From: Octopus sinensis
Lineage: Eukaryota
Direction: 5' to 3'
DNA length: 64,000 bases
Assembly (NCBI RefSeq): GCF_006345805.1
Contig: NC_042998.1
Location: 107,570,001-107,634,000, forward strand
The notes beneath the pieces were generated by a model. It made no database searches and was not told the origin of the DNA. It worked only from the letters and a program-made list of their open reading frames with translations. Each line of letters opens with the position of its first letter. Position 1 is the stretch's first letter. The position numbers and the translations under genes were made by a program. This document shows positions 12,445-23,899 of the stretch, one piece after another.

Positions 12445-13035
12445 ATGTCCCTTTTCCCTGTTTTCAGGTGATCATGCTAGCCAGATTGATTATATTCTCA
12501 TCAGACAGTGGGATGCACAATTGCTCTTAAATGTAAAAACCCTCCCTGGTGAAGAATGTACTCCACAGTATAGACTAGTCATTAGTGACTTTAGACTCCA
12601 GGCCAGAATGATGCCAGGAAGAAGACCAATCTGGAAAAGAAGGATTTGGAAGCTTAAGAACCCTTCACATAGTCAAAGATTTAGGGACATCCTAATTGAG
12701 AAACTTAAGAGGGAGGAGGAGCTACAGACTTGTGACATAGAAGGCAACAGGGAATTCCTGTGGGACAGCTTGCTGAGGGCCACAGACTAAATCTGCAGTT
12801 GGTGCAAAGTTCCATCCAGAACTAGGGTAACATAGTGGTGGAACGATGCTGTAGACAGAGCCATTAGAGCAAAGAAACAGGCCTGGAAGACCTGGAAGAG
12901 TGGGGGTAGCAGGGAACTGTATCAGATAACCAGAAGGGAAGCTAGGAGACAAGTATATCTAACCAAGGGAGAAGCAGAAAAGAAGTTTGTATCTGTTCAG
13001 CGACATGAGGACCAAGGAATTGAAGTGTTCCTTGC
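12445..13035 (+). mobile_element. RTE LINE internal fragment (end of APE domain plus tether)
   Basis: QIDYILIRQWD..LLLNVKTLPGEECTPQYRLVISDF, collinear with 16050-16610; truncated at both ends. Confidence 0.85.
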
Positions 13036-13574
13036 AGATTGAGCAACTGTGTAGAGGTTTCATTGTTTGCATATATAAGAAGAATTATGCTATATGACAG
13101 TAATAGATTTTCAACATTTAATGCTCCATGAATCAGAACTACAGAAAAGTGGGGATATGACCTACCAGATGTATAATGTTAACTGATATGAAAGGTGGAG
13201 TGCAAGTGAGCTAAAAGTGTAAATAAGTTTGGCCTTCTGTTGCAGAAAGCCAAGGAACATACAAGAAATGATGATTACAGAGGATTGAAATGAATTGTGA
13301 TGTCCATATTTATTTAAGTCATGTTTGAATGGAATAATTGACGATGATAATGAAAGAAGGGCTGGTGGTGATGATGAAGAATATGTCAATGATACAAATG
13401 ATAACGCTGATGCTACATGATTACATTGATGAGGACTGTGCAATATTAGCTCAGAAATCAGTTTAGAAGACTAAATAGAATTAGATACCTGATTGTTTAA
13501 ATACTAATACGATTATAAGTTTTTTTTCACTAATAACCATATATTTGGAGATGAAAACATGTTCCCACTATGCT

Positions 13575-13782
13575 TCAGTTAGTTTGATCTTCAGCCATCA
13601 GCAGGTTGGATTTCTATATGTGTATATAGGACCAGTGTGGATTCAAAACAGGAACCTTTATTTTTAAACTAAATTTAGTAATAGTTTAGCAATAAGGGTT
13701 CCTAGTTGGAATCTAGTCTGCTACAATGTACACATCTAGGGTGAAGACACCTGATGATGATGATCAGAGATCAAACTGATTA
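13575..13782. repeat. Imperfect palindrome of about 210 bp (fold-back element)
   Basis: Paired blocks agtttgatct/agatcaaact, catcagcagg/cctgatgatg, aggaacctt/agggttcct. Confidence 0.7.
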
Positions 13783-14009
13783 AAATTAAAAAAGTAAATA
13801 TAAATATTGAAAATTTTCATCTCTAGAGATGAGATTAGCAATCCAAAAATTATAATCTTACTCAGTGATTACATAAACCAAATTTCACAGTCTATATGCC
13901 TAATGTCTCACACTCATTGTATCAATATTCAGTGCATGTTTAATTAGAAAACTGGTGAATCAGAAATAGCTCAATAAAACAATAAGACAAACTAAAATTA
14001 CGATCTCAC

Positions 14010-14198
14010 CATTGGAGAATCAATAAAGATTTTGAAACAACCATCCAGAAGTTGAGTTGGAAGATCTTTGAAGTCTACATCAACAGACAAGCAACAGCGG
14101 AACATAGGATTTGGTACTGTCTTTTCTAAGAGCCATGAAGAGACTTTCAACAGGAGTGAAGGCCAATTGTGAGCATTCTTCAGAATTATCCATACGTC
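14010..14198 (-). CDS. Dynein-like exon 22 (AAA6)
   Basis: atcaag|...ATG|gtgaga, 189 nt, phase 0-0; WIILKNAHNW...PNPMFRCCLS...LPTQLL...KIFIDSP resembles WV.LQNCHL...H..FRL.LT...FP..IL...K...EPP. Confidence 0.93.
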
Positions 14199-14326
14199 CT
14201 TGATAACAAAATATTACACATCAGTTTAAATACACACATAGTAGATTTTTAAGTTCTAGGAATGTAAAAACTCCCTTATTAGAATCTCTCACACACATCT
14301 CCTTTCTCTCTCATCCACATCTGTGT

Positions 14327-14339
<13 letters not shown>

Positions 14340-14357
<18 letters not shown>

Positions 14358-14520
14358 GATGAACTTCTTTCAGTTTCTGTCTACCAAATCCACTAACAAG
14401 GCTTTAGTTGGTTCAAGGCTATAGTAGAAGACACTTGCCCAAGGGGCCACACAATGGGACTGAACCTGGAAGCATGTGGTTGGGAAACAAACTTCTTACC
14501 ACACAGCCATGTCAGCACCT
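14340..14520 (-). mobile_element. SINE family A, 5' half
   Basis: ttctttcagtttctgtctaccaaatccact...gaagacacttgcccaagg...gggactgaacc. Confidence 0.75.
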
Positions 14521-15569
14521 ATACATATAGTGATTCTAATCATATAATATGCATAGTTATCATGTTCCTTGTAATATGTTGTCTCTAGTTACATAGCTTA
14601 TCAGCTCTAATTATCTTTAGTTATAAGGTGCCTCTAGCAATATAGTGTCCCTAGTGTACATAGCATTATTAGCTATTCAGTGATTTTAAATTACACAATG
14701 TCTCCAATTATATAGTTGTTTCTAGCTAATTGACATTTCCTGTACCTCTAGTTATACAGTGTCTAGTTTTATGACATCATAACCCCATCCCTGCTACAAT
14801 GTATTTGATTTCATAAGACACAAAGAGTATCTATAAAGTACTTGGTAGAGAATGTCAAGAACTTGATACTTTCTGTAGAATATTTGCTAATGTCTCTAGA
14901 AGACTTGGTCATGAACTTTTAGGCTCATTAGGCTAAAGCTCATCCTGGTTTCCACAGGCTCATTAGGCTAAAGCTCATCCTGGTTTCCAGTGTGTATAAG
15001 AAACAGCAAGAACAATACTCTCTACTGAATGTGATATTAATCCATAACAGGGTTAATACCAAACTGTCACTGGTATTCATTTTCAATTGCGTAGATTGGA
15101 GCAACATCAAATGAAATGTTTTGTTCAGGAACATAATGTGGTACATAGCCTGACTATTCAGCCACATACATTCATAATGTCTATACAGTACATTGTATTC
15201 TCTATAGAGTAGTAGAAACTGTTTACAGAGTATTTGGTAGTGACTATGAAAAAAATAACGTGGTGTCTGTAATGTATATAAGAGTTAAATACACACAAAC
15301 ACACTTGAATTTAGTTCTTTTAAAAAAATTATTAAAAGCAAGTAATATTCAATTAGAAAGGACTACATACATATGTAGGGTGAAAATAATTCATTAGATA
15401 GAAATTGTGACTGACTGCGACTGGTGTTTTGTCAGTAATAACTTGTTTAACTGACAAAACTTAAAAATGACAGTCACTTAGTATTTGTGGCTAATAAATT
15501 ACACATACATATAAACACAAGCGCATGCGCACACACCCACCCACACACACAGTCTTCTTCTGTATTTAC

Positions 15570-15792
15570 CTGAGACATTTTCTGCCAGATGTATTTCCTC
15601 AGTGCTGTCTCAGCCGAGGAAGAACAGGTTGAGACATGTAAAGATATCATTTCATATTTTTGTCCTTTAAAAAAATTTGAAAAGAAGACATCAGCTTCTC
15701 CACTTTGGGTATTGGTAAACACAAGAATGGGGTATGTAGGGTTGGTCATGGTGACTACAAGTGGAATGTTTGGGAGAAAGTTGGCAACAAAT
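15570..15792 (-). CDS. Dynein-like exon 21 (AAA6)
   Basis: cttcag|...CAG|gtaaat, 223 nt, phase 2-0; LGSKF...TNPTYPILVF...MISL. Confidence 0.88.
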
Positions 15793-16233
15793 CTGAAGGA
15801 AAAATGAAAGAAGAAATTCTTGTAGAAAGGTGAACTTATGTTAAACAGAAATCAACATCAAATATTTCGTTTTTGGATTTGGTTTGCAAGATTCTTTATA
15901 TGAGTTCGTGTGTTGAAGCATATTCTGTTGTGTCTGAGGAGAGTCATTCTCTTTTAGTGCCTTATTATTTAACACACTCACCTAGGCAACACTAACTTCA
16001 GGAAACCTACCAGCCACCTAGTCACCTACCGATCGGGCCAACATACCAGCCAAATTGACTACATCCTTGCCAGGCAAAGGGAGAGATGGCTACTTATAAA
16101 TGCCAAAACCTTCCCAGGCGAAGAATGCACCCCACAACATAGACTGGTAGTTAGTGACTTTAGGATCAGGAGTAGGAGGACAACCAGAAGACGACTAACA
16201 TGGAGAAGAAGGATCTGGAAGCTTAAGGATCTT

Positions 16234-17946
16234 GTGAATGGACAGAGATTTAGAGACATGTTACTTGAAGCCTTTGACGAAGTAGAAGGGGATAGAGTAT
16301 CACATGGGGTAGAGGACAACTGGACGTTTCTAAGGGACAACCTGCTGAGAGCCACTGACCAGATCTGTGGATGGTGCAAAGTCCCCTCTCGTCCCAAGGT
16401 AACGTGGTGGTGGAACAGTGTCGTAGACAGGGCTATTAGAGAAAAGAGACAGACTTGGAAGCACTGGAAGAATGGTGGTAGCAGGCAATTGTATCAGACT
16501 GCTAAAAGGGAAGCTAGGAGACAGGTCTATCTAGCCAGAGGGGAAGCAGATAAGAAAAAATTTGCCAATGTTCTGCGCCGTGAGGACCAAAGACTGGAGG
16601 TGTTTCGCGTTGCAAGACAGTGTGTGAGAGAGAATTGTGATGTGGTGGGAGAGAAGTGTGTTCGCATGGAAGATGGTTCACTTGCGCTAAACGAGGATGC
16701 AAAGAGAGAGGCTTGGAGACGCCACTATGAAAGGTTGCTGAATAAAGAAAATGAATGGGATAAAGAGAGTCTGCCGAACGTTGACCCAACAGAGGGACCA
16801 GCTATCAGGGTTGATAGTTCCTTAGTAGCTAAGGCAATTAGAAGCATGAAGACAGGGAAAGCCCCAGCCCCATCAGGTATCACTGCAGAGATGCTCAAAA
16901 TATCTGGTAGTGTCGGCTATAGCCTAGTCACCTGTATAGTTAATCAGGTGATACATGAAGGAGTCATACCCAATGACTGGTGTAGCAGCATAATAGTCAA
17001 CTGCTACAAAGGTAAAGGTGATGCCCTAGATACAAATAATTACAGAGGTATCAAGCTGTTGGATCAGGTGATGAAGGTTACAGAGAGGGTCATAAGCCAA
17101 CTAATTAGAGAGAGAGTTAGTTTAGATGAGATGCAGTTTGGTTTCGTGCCAGGGAAAAGTACCACTGATGCTATATTCCTGGTAAGGCAGCTGCAGGAGA
17201 AATACCTAGCCAAAGATAAGCCCCTGTACCTGGCTTTTGTTGACATGGAGAAAGCCTTCGACAGGGTCCCCCGATCCCTCATATGGTGGTCAATGAGGAA
17301 ACTAGGAATAGATGAATGGTTAGTGAGAGCTGTGCAAGCCATGTACAGGGACGCTGCTAGTAAGGTGAGGGTTGGCAATGAGTACAGTGAAGAATTCCGG
17401 GTAGAGGTAGGGGTCCACCAAGGCTCAGTCCTCAGCCCCCTCCTATTTATCATAGTCCTCCAGGCAATAACGGAGGAATTCAAGACAGGATGCCCCTGGG
17501 AGCTCCTCTATGCTGATGACCTTGCTCTAATTGCTGAGTCATTATCAGAACTGGAGAAGAAGTTTCAGGTGTGGAAGCATGGTTTAGAATCGAAGGGCCT
17601 TAGAGTCAACCTAGCTAAAACCAAAGTCCTAATAAGTAGGAAGGTAGACAAATCACAAACGCCTTCAGGTAGATGGCCCTGCTCGATCTGTAGAAAAGGT
17701 GTAGGTAGAAACTCTATAAGATGCACCAAGTGTAAGCTATGGACACATAAGAAGTGCAGCAATGTCATAGGAAGGCTAACTAGGAAGATGGTTTTTGTAT
17801 GTGGCAGATGCTCGGGAGCATTAACCTCTGAAAATCTGCAGAAAACAACTTCCGTCACTTTCCAGGGGGAAAAACTAGAAGTAGTTGATAGCTTCCGTTA
17901 TCTTGGTGACCAAGTCAGTAGTGGGGTGGGTGTGCTGAAAGTGTAA
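16234..17946 (+). pseudogene. RTE reverse transcriptase ORF (570 aa) with an internal PHD-type finger; disrupted downstream
   Basis: ORF track; YADD catalytic motif; C4HC3 motif at 17680-17811; downstream frameshift and TGA stops at about 18054 and 18248. Confidence 0.92.
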
Positions 17947-18529
17947 CGGCTAGAGTAAGAATAGCCTGGGCAAAGTTTAGGGAGCTCTTACCTCTGTTGG
18001 TGACTAAAGGCCTCTTGCTCAGAGTAAAAGGCAGACTGTATGATGCATGTGTATGAACAGCCATGCTACATGGCAGTGAAACATGGGCCGTGACTGCTGA
18101 GGACATGCGTAAGCTCGCAAGAAATGAAGCTAGTATGCTCCGTTGGATGTGTAATGTCAGTGTTCATAGTCGACAGAGTGTAAGTACCTTGAGAGAAAAG
18201 TTGGACCTAAGAGGAATCAGATGTTGTGTGCAAGAGAGACGATTGTGCTGATATGGTCATGTAGTGAGAATGGATGAAGATAGGTGTGTGAAAAAGTGCC
18301 ACACCCTGGCAGTTGAGGGGACCTGTGGAAGAGGTAGACCCAGGAAAGCCTGGGTCGAGGTGGTGAAGCACGACCTTCGAACTCTAGGTCTCACCAAGGA
18401 AATGACCAGAGACCGAGACCTATGGAAGTATGCTGTGCATGAGAAGACCCGGCAAGACCAGTGAGAACAATCAAAATCAAATCATATATCAGAAAGCAGG
18501 GGTTAAGTGACCCATCCGTTCGTGTCCGC

Positions 18530-19175
18530 TGTCAGCCTCGTCTGGCACCTGTGCCGGTGATACGTAAAAGCACCATTCGCTCGTGGCTGTTTGCCAGCTC
18601 TGCCTGGTCCCGTGTCGGTGGCACGTAAAAGCACCATCCGTTCGTGTTCGTTGCCTGGCCCCGTGCCGGTGACACGTAAAAGCACCGTCCGTTCGTGGCC
18701 GTTTGCCAGCTCTGTCTGGCCCCGTGTCGGTGGCACGTAAAAGCACCATCCGTTCGTGGCCATTTGCCAACTCTGTCTGGCCCCGTATCGGTGGCACGTA
18801 AAAGCACCATCCGTTCGTGTCCGTTGCCAGCCTTGGCTGGCCCCCGTGCCAGTGACACGTAAAAGCACCGTCCGCTCGTGGCCGTTTGCCAGCTCTGTCT
18901 GGCAACCGTGTCGATGGCACGTAAAAGCACCATCCGTTCGCGTCCGTTGCCAGCCTCGGCTGGCCCCCGTGCCGGTGACACGTAAACGCACTGTCCGTTC
19001 GTGGCCGTTTGCCAGCTCTGTCTGGCCCCGTGTCGGTGGCACGTAAAAACACCACGTTCGTGTCCGTTGCCAGCATCGCCTGGCCCCGTGCCGGTGACAC
19101 GTAAAAGCACCATCCGTTCGTGGCCGTTCGCCAGCTCTGTCTGGCACCTGTGCAGGTGGCACGTAAAAAACACCC
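18530..19175 (+). repeat. GC-rich minisatellite in the RTE 3' UTR: 11 cores spaced 51-62 bp apart
   Basis: Core (c/t)acgtaaaagcacc at 18561, 18622, 18673, 18734, 18795, 18856, 18918, 18979, 19040, 19098, 19160. Confidence 0.95.
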
Positions 19176-19959
19176 ACTACACTCGCGGAGTGGTTGGCGT
19201 TAGGAAGGGCATCCAGCCGTAGAAACACTGCCAGATCTGACTGGGCCTGACGAAGCCTTCCAGCTTCACAGACCCCAGTTGACCCGTCCAACCCATGCTA
19301 GCATGGAAAGCGGACGCTAAACGATGATGATGATGATGATGATGATGACACTCACCGGTAAAATTTCCACTTATTTCTTATTTTTATTCTCTAAAATTTT
19401 CGTTGCGTGTTGCAACCTTTTCAATTGTCTTGACTCAATAGTCAAGACTATTTTACCAGTGAGTGTGTTAAATAATAAGGCACTAAAAGAGAATGACTCT
19501 CCCCAGACACAACAGAACATCAAATATTATTTCATAGAAAATATGAAGAATAAACAAGTAGAGAATGAAAATAATTATGTCATTATTTGATTGTTATAAG
19601 ATTTGACTTATTACACTTGTCTTTAATGTGTTTTGATTAAAAATCACTGTTTAACAGTGTTATTATTAATTTTTTTAGCAATTTAGTCAGAAGAAGAGAG
19701 ATATGTTCTTTTTAGCCCACTCAGGTTGGTGAGATTGATGTGGTGGAAGCTTGACCTGAATGCCTGCTCATTCGTTTCTACAGGAAAAACATTTGTGAGA
19801 AGAGAAGTTAGAATTTGGCTTGAATGTTTACAACAGAAAGAACTGTGATAAAGGTACCCATGGCCCAGGTAGTAGTGTTAAGATAGGCAGAAAGTTAGGT
19901 ATATCGCTCAAAGTAAAGTTACAGGTGAGGTGACAGTATCCATGGCCTATGCAGATTCC

Positions 19960-20290
19960 CCCCATATTGGTGAGGTTATTCGGTTACAATTTCTGTAGGC
20001 TGAAACCTACAGCAAAAATATGTGCAAGGAGAAAGTTCCATAGAGTGGTAGTTCTGGGATGTAAGTACTGAGCAAAGTACTTACTGTGGGATTTTGAGAG
20101 ATGAGTGCATTAGGTAGGGATGGTATAAAGTTTGCTAGCTCAAAGGAGCAGAGCCATTATAGTTGAAGAGGGAAGAAATAGTCTGTCTGGGGGCCATAGA
20201 TTGTAGTCTGTTGGTAAATGTAGTGTATTGGTGTCTATAAGCTAGTGGTTGTTGTGTGATGGTGAAAGAGTCTTCAACCAGTTTGTTGAT
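19960..20290 (-). mobile_element. Decayed CR1/Jockey-like LINE 3' fragment
   Basis: Broken minus-strand reading HPRTTTLWNFL...F, resembling the PRT..LWN.LP C-terminal motif. Confidence 0.45.
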
Positions 20291-20773
20291 CTACCAATTA
20301 GATATGTTAAAAAAACACACCTTAAATCTCTGGCCAATATAAAAGATTAAGTGTTCAATTCTGAAGGGAGGACTCCAGTGTAAGTCTTAGCTGTCATGAC
20401 TAAAAGGAAATCTAGTTGCACTGACAGATAAGTGAGCTGCCTCTAGTGTGGGATCTAATCCTACTGACAACTCTCGGGTAAGTTGTTGTTTAGCCCTAGG
20501 TCACTCTTGATCATGATAATAACAACAATAACAATGATGAATTTTATTATTATTATTAAGCAGTAATGCTTTGTTGAATCATAGCTCTTTGATTTTGTAT
20601 GTGCAATATCCCTCAAATAATATGTGATTCATTTTGGCTAAGACTTCCTCAGAATAAAAACAGACTTGCTTTCTTTCTCAACAGTATAAAAAGAAAATTG
20701 TGTGTGAAAAGTGTCAGACTAGCAAACAAACAAGACTGAATATAATAGAGTAGTGAAAATAATATATACTTAC

Positions 20774-21162
20774 TTGCTTCCAAGAACAGAACTAATATAA
20801 GAAGTAGCTTCTAGTAAAAATTCTTTTGGTCTTAATGCTCGCCAAAAGCATAGTATTTGCAATGGAGTGAGAACGTTCAGTTTTGTTGGAAGACTATTGT
20901 ATTGTTCAGGGTATTGGGAGTCAAACAACAGTTTCAAAGAAGAATCTTTGCCTTCTTTGGTCAGATTAACAAAAATTTCAGTAAACCAGCTGAATCTCAT
21001 TGCTAAATTTTGTAAGTTGTGGAAAACTTCATCAGGCATCCATTCAAAAGGATTTTTGAGGGCTGCAATATTTTCCAGGGATGGATTTGTAGCAGATGTG
21101 GTCAAAGGATCTATCACAAATTCTCGCTCACCAGTAAGGGTATAACCCTTCAAAGAATCAAT
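20774..21162 (-). CDS. Dynein-like exon 20
   Basis: attcag|...AA|gtaagt, 389 nt, phase 0-2; NPFEWMPDE...LTPLQILCFWRALRPKEFL resembles P..WL....W...L..FQ.LL..R.LRPD. Confidence 0.93.
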
Positions 21163-22069
21163 CTGAATGGAGAGAAAACAACACAAGAAAAAGATATATT
21201 TAGACAAATGAAAAACACAAAATATGTAATACATCATGGAGTAAATGAAAAGATATAACATAAAGGTACACACACACACGTGTACATGCATTTATACAAT
21301 ACAGGACTCCATGGCGCTGCATGGGTGCTTTTACATGGTACCGCACAGGAGCTTTTATGTGGCACCAATGTATATTTTTATGTTTTTATGCCTAGTTATA
21401 TATAAAAATCACAGTTTAACATTAAGTAAAAAAATGACTCAATACTTTTTAGCACATGACTTACTTCCCTTCAACAGATTGATGAAAGTGAACAAGCTGA
21501 AACTTCGAAGCCACTGGGCATGAACATGTGAATTTGTATATTTCATTTTATAGTATGTATGTGTCGTTGTTTCAGTTGTTTGTTTCTTTGTTTGCTCTGA
21601 TGGACTGCATTTTAGATTATTTGAAGCTTTGATTGGTTGCATCTTTCTCCCTATTCAGCAACCAAAGAATAACTCTAACCATCTAATGAGCATAATAGTA
21701 TCTTTACTTGCAATGTATAAATTATATAGATTAAATTCATATTTTTTAAAAGACTGATCTAAGATTAAGGTGGTGAAGTCGCAGAATTTGTTCTAGTTAT
21801 TTATTTTCTGAGTTCAAATTCAGCCAATGTCAATTTTGCCTTATGTCCTTCTGGGGTTGATAAAATAAAGTACCAGACTAGGATGGTGAATTGTCAGAAT
21901 TGATAACGTATTGGACAAAATGACTGTTATTTGTTCTGGCTCTGATTTTTTTTAGTTTACTTCTGATGACATTTTGAGGAGATTCAGTCATACACTTATT
22001 ATATAAGATGCCACACACAATTTCAAATTTAAATACAAGGCCACAAATATGGTGGAAAGGAGCAGTTGA

Positions 22070-23677
22070 TTTAATCTAAGGATAGATGACTGGTTGGTGA
22101 GAGCTGTACAAGCCTTGTACAGGGGTGATACTAGTAAGGTGAGGGTAGGCAACAAGTACAGCGAAGAATTCAGGGTACAAGTAGAAGTTCATCAAGGACT
22201 GGTGCTCAACCCCCTCTTGTTCATTATAGTTCTCCAGGCAATAACAGGAATTCAAGACAGGCTGTTCATGGGAGCTCCTCTATGCTGATGACCTTGTTCT
22301 TACAGCTTAATCACTACCTGAATTAGAGAAGAAACTCCAGCTATGGAAGTACGGTCTAGAATCAAAGGGCCTTAGAGTTAAATTTAGCAAAAACCAAAGT
22401 CATATTAAGTAGGAAGGCAGACAAATCACAAATCCCTGCTCAATCTGTAGAAAAGATGTAGGTAGAAACTCCATAAGATGAAACTCCATAAGCTTTGGAC
22501 ACATAAAAGGTGCAGCAACATCAGAGGAAGGTTAACAGGGAAACTAACTTTTATATGTGGAAGGTGCACAGGTACAATAAATGCTGAAAATATGCAGAAA
22601 ATAGACTCCATCAACTGCCAGGGGGCAAGCTAGAGGTAGTAGATAGCTTCCATTATCTAGTTGACCAAGTTAGTAGTAGAGGTGGATGCTCTGAGGGGCA
22701 TAGCTGTGAGAATAAGATTAGGCTGGGCAAAGTTCAGAGAGCTCCTACCCCTGATGGCAACAAAGGATCTCTCTCTCAGAATGAAAGGCAGATTGCATGA
22801 GGCCTGTGTGCAAACAGCTATGCTACATGGCAGTGAAACATGGTCTATAACAGCCAAGGACACGTGTAGGCTTGAGAGAAATGAAACCAGTATGCTTTGC
22901 TGGATGTGCAATGTCAGTGTGCATGTTTGACAGGGTGTAAGCATCTTGAGAGAAAAGTTAGGCATGAGAGGAATCAGATGTGGTGTGCAAGAAAAATGAT
23001 TGTGCTGGTATGGTTATGTGATGCATATAGACAAGGACAGCTGTGTAAAGAAGTGCTGATCTCTAACTGTGGAGGGAACCTGTGGTATAGGTAGACCCAA
23101 GAAGATATGGGATGAGGTGGTGAAGTGTGATCTTTGAACTTTGAGCTTCACAGAAGCAATGACTGGTGACCAAGACCTTTGGTGATGCGCTGTGCTTGAG
23201 AGGACCTGTCAAGCCAAGTGAACCGGTGCTGGTGGCACAAAGTAACATCTTTTGAACATTGAGCTTCCATAGAGGCAAAGTGGCTGAGTTCCTTTTGAGC
23301 ATTGGGCCTCATGGAGGCAAAGTGGCTGAGTTCCTTTTGAGTGTTGGGCTTCATGGAGGCAATGACTAAGACCTTTGGAATTATACTGAGCCTGAGAAGA
23401 AGACCCATCAAGCCAAGCAAAATCGAAGTCGTGGCAGATACTGGTGTCATGCGAAGTGGCACCCCGGTGTCACACAAATGGCACCTGTAACAGTTGCATG
23501 TAAAAGCACCCATTACACTCTTGGAGTGGTTGGCATCAGGAAGGGCATCTAGCTATAGAAAACCATGCTGAATCAGACTGGAATCTAGTGCAGCCATCCA
23601 GCGTACCAGCCCAGTTAAACTGTCCAACTCATGTCAGCATGGACAACAGATATTAAATGATGATGATGATGATGATC
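22070..23677 (+). mobile_element. Decayed RTE LINE copy (RT, PHD-type finger and 3' tail)
   Basis: Collinear with 17310-19347 but with many stops and frameshifts; 42-bp tandem duplication at about 23265-23360; (GAT)n tail. Confidence 0.92.
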
Positions 23678-23899
23678 CCAGAAGGATTAAAGGCAAAGTA
23701 GGATTTGAAGTTAACTGTCTTTCTTAGTCTTAGCACCTACTGTTCCTAATGGAACATTGGGCGACAAGTTGCTTCCACTGAATTCGATCTGCTGCAGTTG
23801 TTTATTTGTATCAGTCCAGGTCAATTGCAGTTCCCTTAAGTCCCTACAGAGAGTACTGTACCAGTTTTTGGGTGGTCTTCCTCTCCCTTGTTTGCTCCC

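Larger units (their letters stand above)
15983..19347 (+). mobile_element. RTE-clade LINE, 5'-truncated within the APE domain, near-intact, with (GAT)n tail
   Basis: Reading frame open from NTNFRK (15988) through QIDYIL, RT motifs QFGF, AFVDMEKAFD, QGSVLSP, LYADD and FRYLG to a frameshift near 17935; 9-bp TSD acactcacc at 15974-15982 and 19348-19356. Confidence 0.95.
15867..19515. mobile_element. Older fold-back element of about 275 bp with a 13-bp TSD, split by the RTE insertion
   Basis: aacatcaaatatt at 15854-15866 and 19516-19528; inverted arms of about 68 bp (15923-15982 plus 19357-19364 versus 19450-19517). Confidence 0.65.

Noticed and set aside
15932-15955. CTGAGGA followed by a short stem, as a hammerhead ribozyme
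   Set aside because: The required GAAA after stem II is replaced by TTTT; no stems I or III are evident.
17064-17858. Antisense ORFs over the RTE RT region (also 44735-45055)
   Set aside because: Shadow frames of the LINE coding strand with no independent signals.
18530-19175. CRISPR-like periodic array
   Set aside because: The intervening sequences are near-identical, not unique spacers; the array lies in a LINE 3' UTR in eukaryotic DNA, with no cas genes.
18489-19291. Long ORFs of 203-262 aa on the minus strand
   Set aside because: Stop-free by-products of the GC-rich tandem repeat; the same peptide repeats in several frames.
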